Assembly: GCA_963775225.1 (NCBI GenBank)
Contig: CAVZHW010000007.1
Span: 1,651 to 65,650 of the forward strand
From: an uncultured Chloroflexia bacterium
GTDB lineage: Bacteria; Chloroflexota; Limnocylindria; Limnocylindrales; CSP1-4
Direction of reading: 5' to 3'
Length of the DNA stretch: 64,000 nucleotides
Shown here: in pieces, positions 8,884 to 16,596 of the stretch
How positions within the stretch are numbered: position 1 is the first letter of the stretch
How the letters are laid out: the number at the start of each line of letters is the position of its first letter
The notes under the pieces: generated by a model
The model's database searches: none
Told to the model about the DNA's origin: nothing
Seen by the model: the letters and a program-made list of their open reading frames with translations, nothing else
Translations under genes and position numbers: made by a program

Positions 8884-9471
8884 CTAGTTTGCGCGCAGTG
8901 CGCCGCGGACGAACTTGAGCGGATTGACCGGCCGGTTGTCGTGGAAAACGCCCCATAACAGGTGCGGTCCGGTCGAGTGCCCGGTCGAACCCATATAGCC
9001 GATCAGTTGCCCCTGCTTGACGTGCGCGCCCTTGTGGATCCCGGGCAGTCGCCTCACGCCCAGGTGGGCGTACATCGTCGTGAACCCGTCGGCGCTCTTG
9101 ATGACGACCATCCAGTCCGGGTTGCGCTTGAGCCACGGATCCCAGCCCGCGACGGTGATCACGCCAGCCGCCGCTGCGTAGATGGGTGTGCCCCCGCGAT
9201 TGGCGATGTCCACGCCGTAGTGGAAGTGGGCACAGGCGCCGCGCCGCGGCTCCATCGCAAACCCGGTGCAGCCGAACTGCTGCGTTATGCGGCCCGTGGT
9301 GGGCCAGATGAATGACAGCCCAGCGATCGTTGCGGCGCTACGCACGGGCAGCACCGCGCCGCTGACCGGGGGCGCCGCGGCGAGGCACGCCAACAGCGCG
9401 AGGGCGGCAAGCATCGGACGCATACGAGCACGCACGTGGGCGTGGTGCAGCCTAGCACCATCTGCGCCCAC
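8884..9471 (-). CDS. M23/LytM-domain peptidase-like secreted protein (alternative start 9423)
   Basis: FHYGVDIA (HxxxD) and GSTGHSTGPHLLW motifs. A signal peptide MRPMLAALALLACLAAAP appears if translation starts at 9423. Confidence 0.8.
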   Translation of the reverse strand: MGADGARLHHAHVRARMRPMLAALALLACLAAAPPVSGAVLPVRSAATIAGLSFIWPTTGRITQQFGCTGFAMEPRRGACAHFHYGVDIANRGGTPIYAAAAGVITVAGWDPWLKRNPDWMVVIKSADGFTTMYAHLGVRRLPGIHKGAHVKQGQLIGYMGSTGHSTGPHLLWGVFHDNRPVNPLKFVRGALRAN

Positions 9472-9492
9472 GATCAGGCTCAGCCCGCCCGC

Positions 9493-9501
9493 TGATAGAC
9501 T
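9493..9501 (+). promoter_or_regulatory. extended -10 TGaTAGACT upstream of lemA
   Basis: TGnTAGACT lies about 60 nt before ATG 9561, which has a GGAGGG SD. Confidence 0.4.
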
Positions 9502-9560
9502 GGCAGCGCTCGGCGAGTGTCACCTCGCCGGCGCTCAAGTACTGAAATCCTGGAGGGCGA

Positions 9561-10217
9561 ATGTCTCCGATCGTCTGGGCGATCCTCATCATCATCGTCG
9601 TCGTGGTGGTGGCCGGCGTGCTCATCTACAACGGGCTCGTCCAGCGCCGCCTGCGCATCGACGAGGCTTATGCGCAGATCGAGGTCCAACTCAAGCGACG
9701 CTGGGACCTCATCCCCAACCTGGTCAACGCCGTGAAGGGGTACATGGGCTTCGAGCAGTCGGTGCTCGAGAACGTGACCAACGCGCGCGCCAGCGCGGTC
9801 GCGGCGGGCGGCCAGGGCCCCGCCCAGCAGGCCGCTGCCGAGAACGCCCTGACCGGCACCCTGCGTTCGCTGTTCGCGGTCGTCGAGAACTACCCTGACC
9901 TCAAAGCGAATCAGAACGTGCTGAGCCTGCAGGAGCAGATCACCACGACCGAGAACCAGATCAGCTTCGCGCGCCAGCACTACAACGCCAGCGTGCTCGA
10001 CTACAACACCTCGATCGCGACGTTCCCCAACGCCCTGATCGCGGGTCCGTTCGGCTTCGGCCGGCGCGATTTCTTCGACGCCGAGCCTGAGGCTCAGCAG
10101 GTGCCGACGGTTGACCTGGGCAGCTACGGCACGCCCACGAGCACACCCCCCGCTGCTCCACCGGCAGCTCCCGCACCACCCGCGCCGCCGACTGCCCCGC
10201 CGCCCGCCGGCGGCTGA
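9561..10217 (+). CDS. lemA: LemA family membrane protein
   Basis: N-terminal TM and LemA core (YNGLVQRRLRIDEAYAQIEVQLKRRWDLIPNLV, ENYPDLKAN). Pro/Ala-rich tail. Confidence 0.85.
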   Translation: MSPIVWAILIIIVVVVVAGVLIYNGLVQRRLRIDEAYAQIEVQLKRRWDLIPNLVNAVKGYMGFEQSVLENVTNARASAVAAGGQGPAQQAAAENALTGTLRSLFAVVENYPDLKANQNVLSLQEQITTTENQISFARQHYNASVLDYNTSIATFPNALIAGPFGFGRRDFFDAEPEAQQVPTVDLGSYGTPTSTPPAAPPAAPAPPAPPTAPPPAGG

Positions 10218-10269
10218 CGGTCGCTAGCCCGCGCAACGAGCAGCCCGCCCTCGCGCGGGCCGAATCGCC

Positions 10270-11277
10270 ATGACTCGTCCACCGACCCAGAACTTCTACC
10301 AGCAGATCTCTTCCAACCAGCGCCGATCGTGGCTGCTGGTGCTGTTGGTGACGGCCTTCCTGGTCGTCTTCGGCTTCATCATCGGCTACCTGGTTACGGG
10401 CGACATGACGGGGGGCTATTTTGCCGTCGGCATCGCGCTGGCGCTTGCGGTGCTGATGAGCGCTTTCTCTTACTTCGGCGGCGACAGTCTGGTGCTCGCC
10501 GAGTCGGGTGCGCAGCAGGTCAACGACCAGACTGCGCCGCAACTGATGAACGTCGTGCGCGAGCTGTCACTCGCCGCCAATATTCCGCCGCCGCGCGTGT
10601 ACGTCATCAACGACCCGGCGCCCAACGCGTTTGCCACCGGGCGCGACCCGCAGCACGCCAGCGTGGCCGTGACCAGGGGCCTGCTCGAAAAGATGGACCG
10701 CGAGGAGCTGCAGGGCGTTATCGGCCACGAGCTGTCGCACGTGCGCAACTTCGACATCCGTTTCTCGCTACTGGTCGCCGTGCTGGTCGGTTCGATCGTG
10801 CTACTGGCCGACTTCTTCCTGCGCTTCACTTTCTGGGGTGGCCTGAGCGGCGGCCGGAGCAACCGAAGGAGCAGCAGCGGTGGGGGAGACGGCGGCGGCG
10901 CCATCTTCGCCGTCCTGCTCGTCGTCGGCCTCGTCCTGGCGGTCATCGCGCCGATCTTCGCGGCACTGGTGCAGATGGCCGTCAGCCGCCAGCGCGAGTA
11001 CCTTGCCGACGCCTCGAGCGTGGACCTGACGCGCAACCCATACGGGCTCGAGCGAGCGCTGGCGAAGATCGGCGGCGACGTCCACTCGCTGAACGCCGCC
11101 AACCGCGCCACGCAGCACCTCTACTTCGTCAACCCGCTCAAGAAGGCGAGCCTGAACATGAGCAACCTGATGGCCACACACCCGCCCATCGTCGAGCGTA
11201 TAAACCGGCTACGACGCCTGACCGGTGATCCGCCGATCGACCCGCAGACGACGGCCGCGCTGGGCAGCTCTGACTGA
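10270..11277 (+). CDS. htpX: zinc metalloprotease HtpX-like (M48)
   Basis: GHELSHVRNFD zinc motif and a multi-TM profile, following lemA as in many genomes. Confidence 0.85.
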   Translation: MTRPPTQNFYQQISSNQRRSWLLVLLVTAFLVVFGFIIGYLVTGDMTGGYFAVGIALALAVLMSAFSYFGGDSLVLAESGAQQVNDQTAPQLMNVVRELSLAANIPPPRVYVINDPAPNAFATGRDPQHASVAVTRGLLEKMDREELQGVIGHELSHVRNFDIRFSLLVAVLVGSIVLLADFFLRFTFWGGLSGGRSNRRSSSGGGDGGGAIFAVLLVVGLVLAVIAPIFAALVQMAVSRQREYLADASSVDLTRNPYGLERALAKIGGDVHSLNAANRATQHLYFVNPLKKASLNMSNLMATHPPIVERINRLRRLTGDPPIDPQTTAALGSSD

Positions 11278-11318
11278 CGGTTGGCGGCGGCGTGGTCTGG
11301 AACGGGCGACCTAGGTTG

Positions 11319-11327
11319 TGGTTCAAT
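11319..11327 (+). promoter_or_regulatory. extended -10-like TGgTTCAAT upstream of the tRNA-Phe-Gly-Gln-Cys cluster
   Basis: AT-rich motif 38 nt before tRNA-Phe. Confidence 0.3.
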
Positions 11328-11365
11328 ATGGCTGGTCGCGACCGCGGCCGGGAAGATCTGGACGC

Positions 11366-11441
11366 GCCGAGATAGCTCAGTTGGTAGAGCACGTGACTGA
11401 AAATCACGGTGTCGCCAGTTCGATTCTGGCTCTCGGCACCA
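11366..11441 (+). tRNA. tRNA-Phe (anticodon GAA)
   Basis: Acceptor gccgaga/tctcggc, anticodon arm cgtga-ctGAAaa-tcacg, encoded CCA. Confidence 0.9.
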
Positions 11442-11474
11442 CCCCATCGGACCGGCTCGGTCGATGGTCATCGA

Positions 11475-11550
11475 GCGGAAGTGGCTCAGTTGGTAGAGCA
11501 TCACCTTGCCAAGGTGAGGGTCGCGGGTTCGAGTCCCGTCTTCCGCTCCA
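11475..11550 (+). tRNA. tRNA-Gly (anticodon GCC)
   Basis: Acceptor gcggaag/cttccgc, anticodon arm tcacc-ttGCCaa-ggtga, encoded CCA. Confidence 0.9.
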
Positions 11551-11581
11551 CTCCCTCCTTCAGCTCACCTTCGGCGACCAC

Positions 11582-11655
11582 TGGCCCTTCGTCTAGTGGT
11601 AGGACAGCGGACTTTGGATCCGCGAACCGAGGTTCGAACCCTCGAGGGCCAGCCA
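11582..11655 (+). tRNA. tRNA-Gln (anticodon TTG)
   Basis: Acceptor tggccct/agggcca (U1-A72), anticodon arm gcgga-ctTTGga-tccgc, encoded CCA. Confidence 0.9.
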
Positions 11656-11711
11656 GCACCAGCGTAGCCGAAGTCGGCAGCGGCGGGCTTTCGGCGGAGA
11701 ATCACTCCCGG

Positions 11712-11787
11712 GGCGACGTACCCAAGTGGTTAAGGGGGCGGTCTGCAAAACCGCTATTCACCGGTTCGAATCCGGTCGTCGCCTCCA
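11712..11787 (+). tRNA. tRNA-Cys (anticodon GCA)
   Basis: Acceptor ggcgacg/cgtcgcc, anticodon arm gcggt-ctGCAaa-accgc, discriminator U, encoded CCA. Confidence 0.9.
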
Positions 11788-11886
11788 CTTCCTGCACGAA
11801 GTGACCCTCTCGGCAATGGATCGTGCTCGCCGACAACGCGCCAGTCGTATGCTGCGGCGACGGAGGATCGGAGTCACACGCGCGGC

Positions 11887-12120
11887 CGGCGGCTCCCAGC
11901 TGGCACACTGACGTTCCTCTTCTCCGACATCGAAGGTTCGACGCGCCTGGTCCAATCACTGGGCGATTCATTCCGCGCACTGGCGACCCCAATCGACACC
12001 CTGCACCTGCCGGATCCGGCGCTCCAGGCTCGTGAAGGCCTCGGCGACGAAGCCTTCGAGCGCGCCCACGCCGAAGGTCAAGCCTTGGACCTGGACGATG
12101 TAGCGGTCCTCCTGGGATAG
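11887..12120 (+). pseudogene. internally deleted remnant of an adenylate cyclase-STAND-TPR gene (paralogue of 62105..)
   Basis: Frame 1 reads RRLPAGTLTFLFSDIEGSTRLVQSLGDSFRAL, joined directly to ...LQAREGLGDEAFERAHAEGQALDLDDVAVLLG* (stop 12118-12120). There is no in-frame start codon. The reading frame spans only about 77 codons, against >=632 in the intact paralogue. Confidence 0.65.
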
Positions 12121-12187
12121 GCGTTACTCCATCGTCACCTGGTTGGGACAGTCGGCACCCACGTTCGGCCGGCCTTCTCCTGATTTG

Positions 12188-12228
12188 CCACCACCTCTAG
12201 CCTTGAATCGAAGCCGTAGAGGAGGTGG
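12188..12228 (+). promoter_or_regulatory. SD-sequestering hairpin in front of the cupin gene
   Basis: ccaccacctcta (12188-12199) pairs with tagaggaggtgg (12217-12228) over 12 bp with 1 mismatch and a 17-nt loop. The 3' arm contains the GAGGAGGTGG SD, which ends 3 nt before TTG 12232. Confidence 0.45.
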
Positions 12229-12231
12229 TAC

Positions 12232-12627
12232 TTGGAGCAGGCCAAGAACCCGCGACCTGAGGTCGTAGCCGCGAACGACCGCGTGCAGCCGCCCGGACAG
12301 CAGACCCGCGGCATGGTGCGCGAGCAGGCCTTTGCTGGTGACGATCGGTGGGTCGGCTACGTCCACTCCGATCCCGGCGAGTGGAGCGGCTGGCACCACC
12401 ACGGCGAGACGGACACCTATTTCTACGTGCTGCAGGGTGGCGTCGACTTCGAGTTCGGCGTCGCCGGCGATACGACCGAGGTGGGCACCGGTGAGTTCTG
12501 CCACGTGCCCGGCGGACTCGTCCACCGCGAACGACCGCATCCCGGCCAGCGCGCGGAGCTCGTGCTGGTCCGCATCGGCAGTGGTCCCACGGTCATCAAC
12601 GTCGCCGACCCACGCACGTCGGGCTAG
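12232..12627 (+). CDS. cupin domain protein
   Basis: The cupin motifs match: G-x5-WHHHGE-x (WSGWHHHGETDTYFYVLQG) and GEFCHVPGGLVHRE. Confidence 0.75.
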   Translation: MEQAKNPRPEVVAANDRVQPPGQQTRGMVREQAFAGDDRWVGYVHSDPGEWSGWHHHGETDTYFYVLQGGVDFEFGVAGDTTEVGTGEFCHVPGGLVHRERPHPGQRAELVLVRIGSGPTVINVADPRTSG

Positions 12628-12630
12628 TCT
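12625..12630 (+). promoter_or_regulatory. -10-like TAGTCT 10 nt upstream of tRNA-Leu(TAA)
   Basis: Hexamer geometry only. Confidence 0.25.
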
Positions 12631-12640
12631 GCAGCACTGG

Positions 12641-12726
<86 letters not shown>

Positions 12727-12826
12727 GCGAGCAGACTCGAGTGGCCCCTGCTCTGGCAACGGGGCGACTTCTCCAGTCACACGACTTTGCACGTCATTTG
12801 AACATGAGCCGACCGTTCCGACGCCT

Positions 12827-12845
12827 GCCGCCCGCGCGGGGCGGC
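12827..12845. terminator. GC hairpin between convergent tRNA-Leu and the cpaE-like gene
   Basis: gccgccc-gcgcg-gggcggc forms a 7-bp stem. There is no U-tract. Confidence 0.3.
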
Positions 12846-12871
12846 TGCGCTCGCCGCCGCCAATGGCGCCG

Positions 12872-14107
12872 CTACTCGCGGCCGAGCAGGCCTCCCAGCA
12901 TGCTGCGCTTGCGCCGCGGCGCTTCCTGCGGCTCCTGGGTCTCGTCGGTCAACAGGCCGGCCAGCTTGCGCAGGGCAACGGCCCCCGGCGTCCGGTGCGC
13001 AGACAGGACGAGCGGCTGGCCCTCGTTGACCGCCTTGCCGAAGTTGTCCCCGTCATAAGGAATATCGATGCCCACCTTGATGCCCAGGTGCTCTTCGATC
13101 TGTGCCGGCCCGATCATCGGGTGGGCGTAGATCTCGTTGACCACGAAGAGGGCCCGGTCGACCGCCTTGCCTGACTCGGAGATGACCTGCAGCGCTGCAT
13201 GCAGCAGGCGCAGCGCCGGGATGTCAGGCGTGACGACGATGACCAACCTATCGGCGCTCTGCAGCACGTGCATCGTGCGCTGGTCGAGCGTGCTGCCGAG
13301 ATCCAGGACGACCGTGCCGTATGCCCGACGGAGAGTCTCGACCAGGCCGAGCAGCTGCTCGGCTGACAGGTTGTAGCCATCGTCAGGACGATACGGCCCG
13401 CCGAAAACGGCCAGTCCGGCGCTGTGCAGCTTGCCCGCCGCCTGGATCGATTCGGTCGAGTCGGCGGGCCATTCCTCCCGGGCGAGTCCGGCGGTGGAAT
13501 GCCGGCCGTAGAGATCAACGTACGTGGAGACCTGCCCGTGGTACATGTCCAGGTCAGCGATCGCAACATTGCCTGGCGCCATCTCGGCCAGCACGAGCGC
13601 AGTGTTCACAGCCAGCGCCGTCGTCCCTGCCCCGCCCTTGGCCGACACGAAGGCAATCGTCTTGCCCGGCGTCGAGCGGGCCGGCGGGGCGGCCTCGCCG
13701 CCACTCGCGCCGGTCTCCGTCGCGCCACCGCGCAGCAGTAGCGCCTCGACCAGAGCGTCAAGCTCGCGCTCGTCGATGGGCTCGGCGAGGACGTCGTCGG
13801 CGCCCGCCTCGAGGAGCCGCACGCGCGTCTCGACGTCGCTCGTGCTGGCCACCGCCAGGATGGGCGGGTGGGCGCTCCCCGCCTCGTCGTTTATGCGGCG
13901 GCAGAGTAGCGCCAGCGAGGCCGGGTCGGGTGCGGCCAGGACGAGCAACTGCTGACCGCGCAGCAGCCGCAATGCGTCGGCGGGATGGGTGCTGCGAGTG
14001 ACGGTGTGGCCGGCAGCCTCGAGCGGCCGGGTGACACTGTCCATCGGCTGGCCCCCACTGGTCAGCACGAGTACGCGAGATGGCACGGACCGGAGTCTAG
14101 CAAGCAC
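12872..14107 (-). CDS. TadZ/CpaE-like ParA/MinD-family ATPase with N-terminal pseudo-receiver domain
   Basis: Deviant Walker A SAKGGAGTTALA. ParA core motifs (IADLDMYHG, VVLDLG, VIVVTPD). The receiver-like N-domain lacks the acidic pocket. Confidence 0.8.
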   Translation of the reverse strand: MLARLRSVPSRVLVLTSGGQPMDSVTRPLEAAGHTVTRSTHPADALRLLRGQQLLVLAAPDPASLALLCRRINDEAGSAHPPILAVASTSDVETRVRLLEAGADDVLAEPIDERELDALVEALLLRGGATETGASGGEAAPPARSTPGKTIAFVSAKGGAGTTALAVNTALVLAEMAPGNVAIADLDMYHGQVSTYVDLYGRHSTAGLAREEWPADSTESIQAAGKLHSAGLAVFGGPYRPDDGYNLSAEQLLGLVETLRRAYGTVVLDLGSTLDQRTMHVLQSADRLVIVVTPDIPALRLLHAALQVISESGKAVDRALFVVNEIYAHPMIGPAQIEEHLGIKVGIDIPYDGDNFGKAVNEGQPLVLSAHRTPGAVALRKLAGLLTDETQEPQEAPRRKRSMLGGLLGRE

Positions 14108-14122
14108 TGAGCGCGCCTCGGG

Positions 14123-14128
14123 TATACT
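14123..14128 (+). promoter_or_regulatory. -10-like TATACT upstream of the rpsF operon (about 70-nt leader)
   Basis: Hexamer 78 nt before ATG 14207, which has a GGAAGGAGA SD. Confidence 0.35.
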
Positions 14129-14206
14129 TTTGGCGACCTTTCAGCTCCGCCACGGTCCCACGGCCCGCCAATCGGGGCACATCCCAAGGGAAGGAGAAGA
14201 ATCCCC

Positions 14207-14648
14207 ATGCGACGTTATGAGCTCATGCTCGTGCTGCGCCCGGACACGCCGGACGATCAGGTCCAGGCAGTGCTCGATCGCGCGACCCGGTCCATCGCGG
14301 CGACGGCGGCGGCCAGATCGTCAAGGTCAGCCCGTGGGGCCGCCGCCGCCTGGCCTATCCGATCGGCCACCTACCGAGAGGGCTCCTACTTCCTGATCGT
14401 CTTCGAGGCCCCGGCGACGGCGGTGCTCGAGCTCGAGCGCGGCCTGAACATCACCGAAGAGGTCATGCGCCACCTGGTCACCCGGGTCGAGCGCCCGGCA
14501 CGCCGCGACCGCCAGGCGCAGAGCGGCGACGAGTCGGACGGACGAGGAGTCGGGCGTGCCGCCGTACGAGGACGACGAGGACGTGCCCGACACGGAGTAC
14601 ATCGACGAGTCGGAGAGCGAAGCCGCGCCCTGGCCGCGCGACCGCTAG
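14207..14648 (+). CDS. rpsF: 30S ribosomal protein S6, three apparent frameshifts as assembled
   Basis: The protein reads across three frames, in this order. [31 protein letters not shown] is in frame 2. [22 protein letters not shown] is in frame 1. [36 protein letters not shown] is back in frame 2. The acidic tail [23 protein letters not shown] is in frame 0 and ends at TAG 14646-14648. Confidence 0.85.
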
Positions 14649-14670
14649 GCACAGCGGGAGGACGCAGCCA

Positions 14671-15121
14671 GTGTCGCTGAACAAGTGCATGATCATCGGC
14701 AATCTGGGCCGAGATCCGGAGATGCGCTACACGCCGAGTGGCCAGGCCGTGACCCAGTTCACGGTCGCGGTCAACCGCAACTACAAGGACTCCGCAGGGC
14801 GAGCGCCAGGAAGAGACCGAGTGGTTCCGCATCGTCGCCTGGGGCCAGCAGGCCGAATTTGCCGCTGAGTACCTGCGCAAGGGCGCCAAGGTCTACATCG
14901 AGGGCCGCATCCAGACTCGCCAGTGGGAAGGCCAGGACGGCCAGAAGCGCTACACGACCGAGCTGGTGGCGAACACCATCCAGAACCTTGAGCGGCGACC
15001 CCGCGACGATGCCGGCGACCCAGGCGCTGCCCCGGACGCGACCCGGTCAGCCCGCCCGGCTGCCCGCCCGGCCTGCCGAGCAGGCCGACAGCCCGACAGA
15101 TTCGACGACCTGCCCTTCTAG
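14671..15121 (+). CDS. ssb: single-stranded DNA-binding protein, apparent +1 frameshift near 14800
   Basis: The N-terminal part is [43 protein letters not shown]. It continues in the next frame with [42 protein letters not shown]. The protein ends with the canonical tail DDLPF*. A GGGAGGA SD precedes the start. Confidence 0.9.
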
Positions 15122-15159
15122 GCATCCTGCCGACGACTACAGAAAGGACCTGATCCAGC

Positions 15160-15428
15160 ATGCCCCCCGCGCCGCAGCCAAGAAGCGCGACGACATGTAT
15201 CGCGATCGGCGCCGCCGCAAGGTTTGCGCCTTCTGCGCCGACAAGACCGCGCAGATCGACTACAAGGAGATCAACCGCCTCCGCCGCTACCTGTCCGAGC
15301 GGGCGAAGATCGAGCCGCGGCGCAAGACAGGCACCTGTGCCGCGCACCAGCGTCAGCTGGCCGTGGCGCTGAAGCGCGCGCGCCACGTCGCGCTGCTGCC
15401 GTACGCGCCCGAGCACCTGCGCGTCTGA
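15160..15428 (+). CDS. rpsR: 30S ribosomal protein S18 (start ATG 15160 needs a 1-nt correction in the C6 run 15163-15168; otherwise ATG 15195)
   Basis: [66 protein letters not shown]. Confidence 0.9.
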
Positions 15429-15463
15429 CCGCGGCATCGCGCGGAGCCCGGACTAACGCCGCC

Positions 15464-16523
15464 GTGTTGCAGCTGAGCTGAACTCGCTCGCGGCGCTGCT
15501 GGTAATCACTCCTCGCCGCGGAGCTGTTCACCAACGGCATCGAGTGGTTCGGACGCAAGCTCGAGCTCGCCGAGGGGGCCGTCGGCAGCGTCCTCGCGGC
15601 CGTCGGCACGGCGCTGCCGGAGACAATGATCCCGCTCGTCGCGATCCTGCTCGCGGGGCGCCGATCGGCACGACGGCCGGCCACGGGATCGGCGTGGGCG
15701 CCATCCTCGGCGCGCCGTTCATGCTCGCCACGCTGGCCATGTTCGTTACAGGTGTCGGCGTGCTCGCTTATGCGCGCCGGCGGCCGACGGGCTCGCGCAT
15801 GCCCGTTCGACCCGAGCGTGCTGGCCATCGATGTCCGCTACTTCTTCGTGGCCTACGCGCTGGCCATCGCGGCGGCGTTCGTGCCTGGCGATCTGTTCGT
15901 CCTGCGCTACGTCGCTGTTGTCGCCCTGCTGGGGCTCTACGCCGTGTACGTGCGCGCCATCTGCGGACCGAAAAGCGGCGACGCCGACGGATCTCGCGCC
16001 GCTGCGCTTCCGTCGACTTGACGCCGGGCGGACGCTGACCACGTCGCGCCGCGCCTGCGCATCGTGACTCGCAGGTGCTGCGTGTCGCTCGCGCTGATCT
16101 CGGCGGCGCAGTCGTGTTCGTGGACGCTGTCGAGCGCGTGGCGACGGGTGCGGCCTCGACCCGGCCCTGCTGGCGCTGGTCATCGCGCCCATCGCCACCG
16201 AGCTGCCCGAGAAGTTCAACAGCCTGATCTGGGTACGCCAGGGTAAGGACACGCTGGCGCTGGGCAACATCACCGGCGCGATGGTCTTTCAGTCGTGCAT
16301 CCCCACCGTCAATCGGCATCATCCTCGCCGCCGACGCCTGGACCATCAGCGCAGCCAGCGTGCTCAGCTTCGCGTCGGCCGGTATCGCGTTCGGGTCGAT
16401 GGCCTTCATCTTCGTGCCGATGGTCCGGCGTGGATCGCTGCGCGCGGCAGACCTGCTCCTCGGCGGCGCTTTCTACCTCGTCTACCTGGTCTCGTCGTGG
16501 GCCATCTCGCCCGCGTGTGGTGA
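15464..16523 (+). pseudogene. CaCA-family (Na+/Ca2+ exchanger-like) membrane protein, about 10 (at least 8) frame breaks as assembled; 3' end uncertain
   Basis: Family-typical segments are scattered over three frames. They are ELFTNGIEWFGRKLELAEGAVGSVLAAVGTALPETMIPLVAILLAG; GIGVGAILGAPFMLATLAMFVTGVGVLAY; LAIDVRYFFVAYALAIAAAFVPGD; GGAVVFVDAVERVATG; GLDPALLALVIAPIATELPEKFNSLIWVRQGKDTLALGNITGAMVFQS; and IGIILAADAWTISAASVLSFASAGIAFG. Confidence 0.7.
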
Positions 16524-16596
16524 CGCGCGGACTGGACCGGCAGATGATGACAACCGGCTCCCCGGCGCTTCGTCCCCGACGCGTATACTCCGCCCG

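Noticed and set aside
10840-10900. The Gly/Ser/Arg-rich insertion (GGLSGGRSNRRSSSGGGDGGG) in HtpX as a possible frameshift or repeat expansion.
   Set aside because: The reading frame is continuous, and TM segments resume in frame on both sides. It is consistent with a lineage-specific cytoplasmic loop.
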